Below are positions 41,281-53,409 of a stretch of 64,000 nt of DNA, piece by piece. Source of the DNA: Felis catus (Eukaryota); assembly GCF_018350175.1 (NCBI RefSeq), contig NC_058368.1, positions 84,012,001-84,076,000 on the forward strand, given 5' to 3'. Below the pieces are notes generated by a model. That model was given only the letters and a program-made list of their open reading frames with translations, ran no database searches and was not told the DNA's origin. The position numbers and the translations under genes were made by a program. Positions within the stretch are counted from its first letter, which is position 1, and every line of letters starts with the position of its first letter.

Positions 41281-44200
41281 ACTGTAACCATTTGCATACA
41301 GTCCCTGTGGTTCATAATGACTGCATACCTCAAAAGGTTGCACACAGTCACATAACAGTCATAGGCCATTAGGGTCAAGAGAATGCTTTCAGCACCCCCT
41401 AAAGAAGAAAAATATCTGAATTCTGCAGGCAAAACATGAGATAGTCTTCCTTCCAGAGAAAAAGTTGATTGCCATATTTGGAACAGTGCTGCTTATTAGG
41501 GTCAAGTCTAAAACAGAAAACTGGCTGATCACAGAATACATCAGGGTGTGGAGCCTTAAGTACATCCATATCCAGAGGAGCAGGATAAATTTCCCAGTGA
41601 GTGCAGTTAGGTAGATCAGGATGATACTGTAGATAAGGATACTGACATACTTCATATTGGGGAAGAATCAGAAGAGAATAAAATCTGCTATTAAAGTTTC
41701 TTTTCTTTTGTCCATATCTTTGACTGACATGACTGGCTGAACCAAAAAAGTTAAGGAAAATTAAAATAAGTAAAATGTCAAAAGCATTGCCTTTTTTTTT
41801 ATTATTGATTCACTATTGTTGCATTAATGTGATGCAACAAACAACTTCCCAAATCTCAGTGACATATGAAAATAAACACTTATTTTTCTTGTTCCTAGAC
41901 TGTTGTATAGCTGAAGCATTTTTCTTTTTTTTAATTTTATTTTTAATTTTTAAAATTTTACATCCAAATTAGTTAGCATACAGTGCAACAAAGATTCAGG
42001 AGTAGATTCCTTAATGCCCCTTACCCATTTAACCCATCACCCCTCCCACAACCCCTCCAGCAACCCTCAGTTTCTTCTCCATATTTATGAGTCTATTCTG
42101 TTTTGTCCCCCTCTCTGTTTTTATATTATTTTTGTTTCCCTTCCCTTATGTTCATCTTTTTCATCTCTTAAAGTCCTCCTATGAGTGAAGTCATATGATT
42201 TTTGTCTTTCTCTGACTGAATAATTTCACTAAGCGTAATACCCTCCAGTTCCATCCACGTAGTTGCAAATGGCAAGATTTCATTCTTTTTGATTGCTGAG
42301 TAATACTCCATTGTATATAGATACCACATCTTCTTTATCCATTCATCCATCGATGGACATTGGGCTCTTTCCATTCTTTGGCTATTGTTGATAGTGCTGC
42401 TATAAACATGGGGATGAATGTGTCCCTTCAAAAGAGCACACCTGTATCCCATAGATAAATGCCTAGTAGTGCAATTCCTGGGTCGTAGGGTAGTTCTATT
42501 TTTAGTTTTTTGAGGAACCTCCGTACTGTTTTCCAGAGTGGCTGCATCAGCTTGCATTCCCACCAACAACGCAAAAGAGATCCTCTGTCTCCACATCCTT
42601 GCCAATATCTGTTGTTGCCCGAGTTGTTAATGTTAGCCATTCTGACAGGTGTAAGGTGGTATCTCATTGTGGTTTTGATTTAGATTTCCCTGATGATGAG
42701 TGATGTTGAGCATTTTTTCATGTGTCAGTTGGCCATCTGGATGTCTTCCTTGGAGAAGTGTCTCTTCATGTCATTGGCCCATTTATTCACTGGATTATTT
42801 GTTTTTTGGGTGTTGAGTTTGATAGTTCTTTATAGATTTGGATACTAACCCTTTATCTGATATGTCATTTGCAAATATCTTCTCCCATTCTGTTGGCTGC
42901 CTTTTAGTTTTGCTAACTGTTTCCTTCACTGTGCAGAAGATTTTTATTTTTATGAGGTCCTAGTGGTTCATTTTTGGTTTTGTTTCTTTTGTCTCCAGAG
43001 ACGTGTTAAGAAGTTGCTGTGGCCAAGATCAAAGAGGTTTTTGCCTGCTTTCTCCTCAAAGATTTTGATGGCTTCCTATCTTACATTGAGGTCTTTCATC
43101 CATTTTGAGTTTATTTTTGTGTATGGTGTAAGAAAGTGGTCGAGGTTCATTCTTCTGCATGTCTCTGTCCAGTTTTCACAGCACAACTTGCTGAAGAGAC
43201 TGTCTTTATTCCATTGGATATTCTTTCCTGCTTTGTCCAACATTAGCTGTCCATACATTTGTGGGTCCATTTCTGGTTTCTCTATTCTGTTGCATTGATC
43301 TGAGTGTCTGTTCTTGTGCCAGTACCATTCTGTCTTGATAATTACAGCTTTGTAGTATAGCTTGAAGTCTAGGATTGTGATGCCTCCTGCTTTGGTTTTC
43401 TTTTCCAAGATTGCTTTGGCTGTTCAGGGTTTTTTCTGGTTCCATACAAATTTTGGGATTCTTTGTTCTATCTCTGTGAAGAATGCCGGTGTTACCCTGA
43501 TAGGGATCGCATTGAATATGTAGATTACTTGGGTAGTATCGACATTTTAACAATATTTGTTCTCCTTATCCAGGAGCATGGAACCTTTTTCCATTTTTTT
43601 TGTGTGTGTGTCTTCTTCAATTTGTTTCATAAGCTTTCTATAGCTTTCAGCGTATAGTTTTCCACCTCTTTGGTTAGATTTATTCCTAGGTGTTTTATGT
43701 TTTTTTGTGCAACTGTAAATGGGATCACTTCCTTGATTTCTCTTTCTGTCACTTCATTGTTGGTATATCAGAATGCAACCAATTTCTGTGCATTGATTTC
43801 ATATCCTGCACTTTGCTGAATTCATGAATCAATTCTAGCAGTTTTTGGTGGAATCATTTGGGTTTTCCATATACAGTATCATGTCATCTGCAAAGAGTGA
43901 AAGTTTGACCTCTTAGCCATTTGGATGACTATTATTTCACTGTGTTGTCTGATTACAGAGGCTACGACTTCCAATACTATGTTGAATAACAGTGGTGAGA
44001 GTGGATATCCCTGTCTTGTTTCTGACCTTAGGAGGAAAGCTCTCAGTTTTTCCCCATTGAGGATGATATTAGCGTTGGGTCATTCATATACAGCTTTTAT
44101 CATCTCCAGGTATACTCCTTCTATCCCTACTTTCTTGAGGGTTTTTATCAAGAAAGGATGGTGTATTTTGTCAAATGCTTTCTCTGCATCTATTGAGAGG

Positions 44201-46090
44201 ATCATATATTTCTTGTCCTTTCTTTTATTGATGTGAGGAATCACGTCAATTGTTTTGCGGATATTGAACCAGCCCAGCATCCCAGGTATAAATCCCACTT
44301 GGTCATGGTGAATAGTTTTTTTAATGTATTGTTGGATCCGGTTGGCTAATATTTTGTTGAGGATTTTTGCATCCATGCTCATCAGGGAAATTGGCCTATA
44401 GTTTGCCTTTTTAGTGGAATCTCTCTCTGGTTTTGGGGATCAATGTCATGCTGGCTTCATAGAAAGAGCTTGGAAGTTTTCCTTCCATTTCTATTTTTTG
44501 GAACAGTTTCAAGAGAATCAGTGTTACCTCTTCCTTAAATGTTTGGTAGAATTCCCCCGGAATGCCATCTGGCCCTGGACTCTTGTATTTTGGCAGATTT
44601 TTGATTACTAATTTGATTTCCTTCCTGGTTATGGGTCTCTTCAAATTTTCTTTCTTCCTGTTTCAGGTCTAATAGTGTATATGTTTCTAGGAATTTGTCC
44701 ATTTCTTCCAGATTACCCATTTTATTGGCATATATTTCTCTTACTATTCTCTTTATTTCTGCTGTGTTGGTTGTGGTCTCTCCTCTTTCATTCCTGATTT
44801 TATTTATTTGGGTCCTTTCTTTTTTCTTCTTGATCAAACTGACTAGTGGTTTATCAATTTTGTTAATTCTTTCAGAGAACCAGCTTCTGGTTTCATTGGT
44901 CTGTTCTGCATTGTTTTTTGTTGTTGTTGTTGTTGTTGTTTTGTTTTGTTTTGTTTTTTGGTTTCGATAGCATTAATTTCTGCTCTAATCTTTATTATTT
45001 CCTGTCTTCTGCTGGTTTCGGGTTTATTTGTTGTTTTTGTTGTTGTTATTGTTGTTTTCCAGATCCTTAAGGCATAAGGTTAGGTTGTGTATCTGAGACC
45101 TTTCTTCCTTCTTTAGGAAAGCCTGGATTGCTATACTTCCTCTTTTGACCACCTTTGCTGCATCCCAGAGGTTTTGGGTTGTGGTGTTATCATTTTCATT
45201 GACTTCCATATACTTTTTAATTTCCTCTTTAACTTCTTGGTTAGCCCATTCATACTTTAGTAGGATGTTCTTCAGTCTCCAAGAATTTGTTACCTTTCCA
45301 AATTTGTTCTTGTGGTTGATTTCGAGTTTTATAGCATTGTGGTCTGAAAATATGCACGGTATGATATCAGTCTTTTTGTACTTACTTAGGGCTGATTTGT
45401 GTCCCAGTATATGGTCTATTCTGGAGAACATTCCATGTGCACTGGAGAAGAATGTATATTCTGCTGCTTTAGGATGAAATGTTCTGAATGTATCTGTTAA
45501 GTCCATCTGGTCCAGTGTTTCATTCAAAGCCATTGTTTCCTTGTTGATTTCTTGAGTAAATGATCTGTCCATTGCTGTGAATTGGGATGTTGAAGTCTCC
45601 TACTATTATGATATTACTATTGATGAGTTATTTATGTTTGTGATTAATTGATTTATATTGTTTGGGTGCTCTCACATTTGGCGCATAAATGTTTAAAATG
45701 GTTAGGTCTTCTTGGTTGATACACCCTTTGATTATGATATAATGCCCTTCTGCATCTCTTGATACAGTGTTTATTTTAAAGTCTAGATTGTCTGATATAA
45801 GTATGGCTACTCTGGCTTTCTTTTGTGGACCATTAGCATGATAGATGGTTCTCCATTCCCTTATTTTCAATCTGAAGGTGTCTTTAAGTCTAAAGTGGGT
45901 CTATTGTAAACTGCATATAGGTGGATCTTGTTTTCTTATCCATTCTGTTACCCTATGTCTTTTGATTGGGCATTGAGTCCATTGACATTTAGAGTGAGTA
46001 CTGAAAGTTATGAATTTATAGCCATTATGATGCTTGTAGAGTTGGAGTTTCTGGTGGTGTTCTCTGGTCCTTTTTAATCTTTGTGGCTTT

Positions 46091-46106
46091 TAATATATAT
46101 ATATAC

Positions 46107-46176
<70 letters not shown>

Positions 46177-46181
46177 GTATA
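46091..46181. repeat. (TA)n microsatellite in the L1 inter-ORF region
   Basis: Direct reading. Confidence 0.95.
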
Positions 46182-47229
46182 TATTCATCTTTTCTCCTTT
46201 CAGAGACTCCCACTTAAAATTTCTTGCAGGAGTGGTTTAGTGGTCACAAACTCCTTTAATTTTTGTTTGGGAAACTTTTTATCTCTCCTTCTATTTTGAA
46301 TGATACCCTCGTTGGATAAAGAATTCTTGGCTGCATATTTTTCTGATTCAGCACACTGAATATATCCCACCACTCCTTCATGGCCTGCCAAGTTTCTGTG
46401 GACAGGTCTGCTGCAAACCTGATCTGTCTTCCCTTGTAGGTTAGGGACTTTTTTTTTTCCCTTGCTGCTTTCATGATTCTCTCCTTGCCTAAGTATTTTG
46501 TGAATTTGAGTATGATATGCCTTGTTGATGGTCGGTTTTTGTTGGATCAAATGGGGGTCCTCTGTGCTTTCTGGATTTTGATGTCTGTGTCTTTCCCCAG
46601 GTTAGGAAAATTTTCTGCTGTGATTTTCTCACATAACCTTCTTCTATTTCTCTCTCTTCCTCTTCTGGGACCCCTATGATTCTGATGTTGTTCTTTTTTA
46701 ATGAGTCACTGATTTCTCTAATTTTTAAATCATGCTCTTTTGCCTTAATATCCCTCTTATATCCTGCTTCATTATTCTCTATAATTTTGTCCTCTATATC
46801 ACTGGTACTCTGTTCTGCCTCATCCATCCTTGCTGCTGCTGCATCCATCCATGATTGTAGCTCAGTTATAGCATTTTTCATTTCATTCTGGCTTTTTACT
46901 TCTTTTATCTCTGTAGAAAGGGATTCTAATCTATTTTTGACTCCAGCTAGTATTCTTATTATCGTGATTCTAAATTCTGGTTCATACATCTTGCTTGTAT
47001 CTGTGTTGGTTAAATCCCAGCTGTCATTTCTTTGTACTCTTTCTTTTGTGGTGAATTCCTTCGTTTTGCCATTTTGAAGGGAGAAAAGGAATTAATGAGG
47101 TAGAAAAATTAAAATTAAAAAATATGAAACTTAAAAAAATACTAAAATTTAAAAGTTAAACACACACATACCATACAAAAATCGAATAAATGATGCTCGA
47201 TCCTAGGTGTGTTTTGGTCTGGGTGTTGA

Positions 47230-47870
47230 AAGTGGTTTGACATATTAGAGAAAAAAGTGGGGGGGAAGGAAATCATTTGAGAATTTGAAAAAAAATGAAT
47301 ACACTGAAGTATACTAAAATGAGATGATGGGAGTAAAAAAGAATTTGAAGAAATATACACAAAAGTAAAGAATACAGTAGAAAAAAGATAAAGAAAAATA
47401 TTTTTAATAAAAATTAAAAATAAATATGATTTTTTTCTTTTTCTGTATTAAAGAAAAGAAACAAAAAAGGTTAAAAAAAGAAAAAAAGGAAATCGTTTGA
47501 AAATTAGAAAAAGTGAATACACTGTAGTAGGCTAAAATATGTGGAAATAGAATAGAATTTGAAAAAAATTACATAAAAGCAAGAAATATAGTAAAAAAAT
47601 AAAGAAAAATATTTTTAATATGAATTGAAAGTAAAAATGAAGTTTTTCCTTTTTGCATTCAAGAAAAAGAAAAGAAAAAGAAAAAAAAGAAAGAAAAAAA
47701 GGAAATTGTTTAAAAATTTGAAAAGGTGAAAACACTGAAGTAGACTAAAATAAAATGATGGAATTAAAATAGAATTTGAAAATAATTACACAAAAGAAAA
47801 GTTATAGTAATAAAAATTAAAGAAAATATTTTTAATAAAAATTGAAAATAAAAATGATTTTTTTCTCTTT
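47230..47870 (-). repeat. ~214-bp AT-rich tandem repeat (~3 units) in the L1 5'UTR
   Basis: Recurring acactgaagtagactaaaat...agaatttgaa...agaaaatatttttaata. Confidence 0.85.
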
Positions 47871-48727
47871 CTGCTGAATTCTGTGGTTCTGGTTGTGCAG
47901 ATTGCTGTGTTCTCCAATAAGTTTTCTAGGTGTGTAGGAATGCTTAGTGTTGGTCTGGCTGTATTTCACAAAAACTTCCATGCTGTTCCACCATCTTGAC
48001 TCTTCCGTGAAGCATTATTCTGTAGGCTGTAGTTCAGGTACAGGTTGAATCCACATAGGTCTCATTCTGTGATCTGTAGCTATCTAGAACTTGCTCTTCA
48101 CATGGAGCATGGCAGAAGCACAAAGGGACTGATAATAACTATGTGATTCCTCTTAAAGCCTGAGCTCATGCTGACTCTATTACTGTCACCTACATTCAGT
48201 TGATTAAAACAAGTCATACATGAAATCCATCATCAATGTGGTGTGGAAGAAAACTCCACTCACAATGAACCATAACAAGTTTGGGGAAGGAAGGATTTGA
48301 AAGCAACTAAAATGATATTACTATGATTCTCAAAACTTGTAATGCTACACTCTTTAAATTCTTGATGAGTTTTCAAATATTTTATGTTTTGGTTTCTTAC
48401 TATTCTATTTAATGTGATCCATTAGGCACCATGAGAACTGAGTTTCTTGTCACCACAAATAAATTATAATGGCCAATAACTTGAGGTCATTTGTAGCCAC
48501 TGAATATATACTTGGCTAGACATACATTAGGTAAACACATAAGCTCTTTTTACATAGGGACTTCTGCCTGTGAATCAGGTTATCTATATCCAAGAAAATT
48601 AACCAGAGATGGAAGAGAAATACAGTGTAATAAATCCATGTTCCCTGTATAGAAGTGGAAACTGGGAAAACATTTTCTTTAAAAGAACACATTAAATGAA
48701 GATTTAACTAAAATTGTCAGTTTTGGT

Positions 48728-51700
48728 GAAAGCTAAATGGTGAGGTACTAGGAAGTCACGAGTCCCATCTTGTCCCTCAAACACAATTAAATATCAAATC
48801 ATTCTGAATACTCCAGAAATCAGCATGAAGACTGAAAGAACAAACTCCACAACTAAAGGGAAAGAACCCACATCTAAGAAGGTAGGAAGTGTGGAGATAT
48901 AGTTTGGGGGAGAAATAGATTGGGGGTGTTGTAGAGAGGAAGGAGTCATGGTCATGGAGAAAGGCCAGAGAGAAAGGAGCACACAGAGGAATGCACAAGG
49001 AGAATAGTTCCCCAAAATTATTTCTTGGAAACATGAAAAAGGTGTTTTTTTGTTTTTGTTTTTGTTTTTGTTTTTTTTTACTTTTTGCAACAAGAAAGTT
49101 TAATGACTGGAATTCTAAAGTTCAACAGGTTCATCTGGGATATAGTCCTAAGATTGCTACCCTGCTCTTGAAGAGAAGGCAGGCAAACAAGCTGGGGGCA
49201 GTCTGGAAACAATGGTCTAAAGAATTCCTGGGACACACGAGAAAGATATTGTTAGCTCTTCTTGGAATGTGTTCCTGACAGGCAGTGTTCACAGAGATGC
49301 CTCTCTAGGGACAAAGGAGCCAGCTGGTGTCACTTCTATCCCCCATCCCTCAGCATAAATGCAGAGCCACCTGTGGGAAGCATCTAACCCAGACACTAGT
49401 TGCCTAATCTTCTTACTCCAAGTCCCACACCCCTGCATTGTGCTGTGACTGCATTTGTCAATCAAACCTGTCTCAGACCACTGCAGTACCTCCCTCAGAA
49501 GACCAGAACCAGCCCTTGCACACACTACACACCTAAAGCCTGGAGTTTTAAAAGTCAGCAGGCTTGGCTAGGATGGAGCCTGTAGGGTAATGTGCTTCTC
49601 CTGGAAAGAAGGCAGGCAAACAACCCAGAAGCAGACAGTAGTGTTGAAACAGCAAACAAAAACACCTGGGACACAGAGAAGGAAGATTATTTGCTCCTCT
49701 TGGAGTACTTCTCTTAGGCACTATGAACAGAGATGCCTCTCTAGGGACAAGGGAAATGGCTGGCACTATTTCCCTCCCCCAGCCTTCAGCCTAAACACAG
49801 AGCAATCTTCAGTAAGCAGCACAGTATGAACACTAGCTGCCTAGCCTGCTTATACTATGATCCACACCACTACACATTGGCATTACTGCCGTATAGATCA
49901 AGCTTGCATCAGTCCCAGCAAGGTACCATCAGAAATGCCTGCCTACACATTATCTACCATCCAGAGAGTTCTGCAGGGCTTCATTTCTAGTGGAAGCAGT
50001 ATCAAGTCGCATTTAACAAGCAGACCAGAGCACATCTAGATAAAATCATTGGTTTGTGGCCAGGGCTAACACTGCTTAAGGCAGGCAAGGAAAGCCTCTG
50101 CAGACAACTGGCCTGAAGGATAGAGCAGCCAAAACACCACAGCAGAGTGCACACAGCACTCACTAGAGATACTCCCTGAAGAACAGGGCCCCAGACATTA
50201 TATGACCTCTTATTCATAAAGGCATTGCTCTCAGGATAAGGAAAATAACAGGCTTTTCTAATACACATGAGAAGGCAGAGACTTAGAAAAAATGTCAAGA
50301 TGGAGGAATTCATCCCAAATTAAAGAACAAGATAAGGTCAAGGCCAGAATTCAAAGTAAAACAGATATTAAGTAATATGCCTGATGGAGATTGTAGAGCA
50401 ACAATCATAAGGTTATTAGCTCTGCTTGAGAAAAGAATAGAAGACTAATGGGAGGCCTTTGTCACAGAAATAAAAGAAGAAACAATAAGAAAAGAAAAAT
50501 ACAATAACTGACATTTTAAACATACTTCTTGCAATGAACACAAGATGGAAAAAACAGAGGAACGAATGAGGGATATAGAAAAAAAAATAATGGGAAATAA
50601 TGAAGCTGAACAAAAGAAACAAAGAATTATGGAATACGAGAACAGGCTTGGGGAATTCATTGACTCCATCAAATGTAATAACATTTGTATGATACAAGTC
50701 CCAGAAGAAGAGAGAGAAAAGGGGAAGAAAATTTATTTGAGGAAATAATAGCTGAAAACGCCCCTGATCTGGGAAAGGGGAGACATCCAGATAACCAGAT
50801 CCAGGAAGGAAAGAAAACTCCCATCAAAATTAACAAAAGCAGGCCAACACCAAGACATAGCATAGTAAAATTTGCAAAACAGAGAGATAAGGAAAGAATC
50901 CTGAAAGCAGCAAAGGAAAAGAAAACCATAACCTACAAGGGAAGACAAATAAGGTTAGAAACTTGTCAGGCCAGAATAGAGTGGCAGGATATATTCAACA
51001 TGATGAATGGGAGAAATATGCAGCCAAGAATATGTCATTCAAAATAGAAAGAGAGATAAAGAGTTTTCCAGACAAACAAAAACTAAAGTAGCTTATCACC
51101 TGCTACCCCAGCCCTGAAAGAAATTTTAAAGGGAATTCTGAGTGGGAAAGAAAGACAAAAAGCAGCAAAGGTCATAAAGGAAAAGAGAAAATCTTCAGAA
51201 ACAAGGACAAAACAAGTAATAAAATGGCACTTAGTTCATATATTTAAATAATTACTCTGAATGTAAATAGACTTAATGCTCCAGTCAAAATACATAGGGG
51301 TCATAATGGATTAAAAAACAAAACTCATCTATGTGCTGCCTACAAGAGACTCATATTAGACATAAAGACACATGCAGATTGAAAGTGAGGAGATAGAGAA
51401 CGACTTATCATGCAAATGCACATCAGAAGAAAGCCAGAGTAGCAATATTTATATCAAACTAGATCTTACACCAAATGCTGTAACAAGAATTGAAGAAGGG
51501 CACTATAACATAATAAAGGTGTCGATCCAACAAAGTCTAAAAATTATGAATACTTATGCCTCTCATTGTAAATACCTATGTCTCCAACATGGGAACACCT
51601 GAATATATAAAACAATAACAAACATTATGGAACTCAATAATAATAATACAATAATAGCAGAGGAATTTAGCACCGCACTTACATCAATGAAGAGATTATC

Positions 51701-52812
51701 TCACCAGAAAATTAACAAGGAAACAATGGCTGTGAATGACACACTGGAACAGATGGACCTAACAGGTATATTCAGAACATTTCATTGTAAAGTAGTGAAA
51801 TAGACATTTCTTCTTGACTGCACATGGAACATCCTCCAGAGTAGATCACATACTAGGTCACAAATCAGGCCCCAACAAGTACAAAAATACTGATATCATA
51901 CCATGCATATTTTCCAACCACAACACTATGAAACTTGAAGTCAACCACAAGGGAAAAAAATGGAAAAGCCATAAATACATGGAGGTTAAAGAAAATCCAA
52001 TTAAAGAATTAATGGGTCAACAAGGAAATAAAAAAAAAATACAGGAAAACAAATGATAATAAAAACATGATGGTCCAAAACGTTTGGGATGTAGCAAAAG
52101 TGGTCTTACGAGGAAAGTATATACAAATATAGGCCTACTCAAGAAGTCAGAAAAATCTCAAACACACCCTAAACTTACACCTAAAGAAGCTAGAAAAAGA
52201 ACAATAAATGAAGCCTAAAGCAAGCAGAAGGGAAATAATAAAGATTAGAGCAGAAATAAATGACATAGAAACAAACAAACAAAAAATACCAGTAGAACAG
52301 ATCAATGATATCAGGAGCTGGATCTTTGAAAAAATTAAATAACCATAAAACTCCAAACAATACTTATCAAAATGAAAAGAGAAATGACCGAAATATAAAA
52401 ATCAAAAAAGGGGAGGAGAAATAACAAACACCACAAAAATAAAAACATTTATAAAAGAATATTATGAAAAATTATATGCCAACTAATTGGGCAATCAGGA
52501 AGAAAAGGATAAATTCCTAGAAACATAAACTACCAACACATAAACAGGAAGAAACAGAAAACTTGCACACACCAATAACCAGCAAAGGAATTAAATCAGT
52601 AATCAAAAAATCTCTCAACAAACAAAAACCCAAGGTCAGATGGCTTGCCAGGGGCATTTTACAATGCATTTAATGAAATATGTTGCATTTCTATATACCA
52701 GTAACAGAGCAACAGAAAGAGAAATCAAGGAATCAGTCCCATTTACAACTGCAGCAAATACCACAAGATACCTAAGAATAAATCTAACCAAAGAGGTAAA
52801 AAATCTGTACTT
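48728..52812 (+). mobile_element. Older L1 (long 5'UTR with ~437-bp duplication, ORF1 from ~50292, ORF2 N-half); 3' part missing
   Basis: agagatgcctctctagggacaa occurs at ~49293 and ~49729. Degenerate ORF1 and EN peptides; internal jump at ~52675. Confidence 0.88.
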
Positions 52813-52829
52813 GAGACACTCTTTACAAA

Positions 52830-52998
52830 TAGAAATAGAGATAGAGATAGAGATATTATAGATAATATAGATATAAATATGAATGATATATAGAAATAGA
52901 TAGCTATGGATACATATAGATAGATATAGATATAGATGATACAGATACAGATATAGATATAGATATAGATATAGATGTAGATATAGATATAGATATAG
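52830..52998. repeat. (GATATA)n degenerate microsatellite
   Basis: Direct reading. Confidence 0.9.
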
Positions 52999-53409
52999 TT
53001 TAACTTTACTACTGAAAATATAGAGTATATTAAGAATTTCTTCTAAGTATATATTTCTAAATAGCTTTATTTAAAACACTTTACAATAACATTCTTTTAA
53101 TGAGGCTAAAAATCATTAAAGAAATATTACAAAGGAAACAAAACCAAAAAGAACAAATTACAGTGTTATCTTACTTCATGAGACAGATTTTTCTATAAAC
53201 TTATCTGAACTACTATACACTAATATTTAAATAAATCCATTTGTTTTATACAAAAGAAACACCCAACACAGTACAGTCTCATAATGCCTTGGTAAACAAT
53301 TTCATGCTTTGTGATTTTAATGTGTTAACAAATTTTTAAACTCAGACAAGTTTAAAAATGTCTTCATATTGAATTCCTTCAACTCTTGTCCTTTTAAAAG
53401 GCCAGTTTC

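Larger units (their letters stand above)
39495..41730 (-). pseudogene. Olfactory receptor pseudogene (family 2-like) split by nested LTRs
   Basis: ATG at 41715 (or in-frame 41730). Motifs LHTLMY, MAYDCYV, HHFYCE, PMPNSLIYSLRNK. TGA at 41670-41668, frameshift ~41400, TAG at 39740-39738. Acceptor AG at 41738-41737. Confidence 0.95.
41926..48007 (-). mobile_element. TSD-bounded LINE-1 with 5' end present but most of the 5'UTR missing; ORF1 ATG 47072, ORF2 ATG 46025, both disrupted
   Basis: Starts ggaagagtcaagatgg. TSD tgaagcatttttct (41912-41925) / tgaagcattattct (48008-48021). Confidence 0.95.
41800..48290. mobile_element. Old MaLR LTR (MLT1-type) split by L1 into ~41800-41925 and ~48008-48290
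   Basis: caaacaacttcccaaatctcagtg...; gcagaagcacaa...cctcttaaagcct...aaaacaagtcatac. Confidence 0.6.

Noticed and set aside
47230..47870. Repeat array as CRISPR-like or a novel satellite
   Set aside because: Mammalian context, no spacers, and it lies inside the L1 5'UTR just before ORF1.
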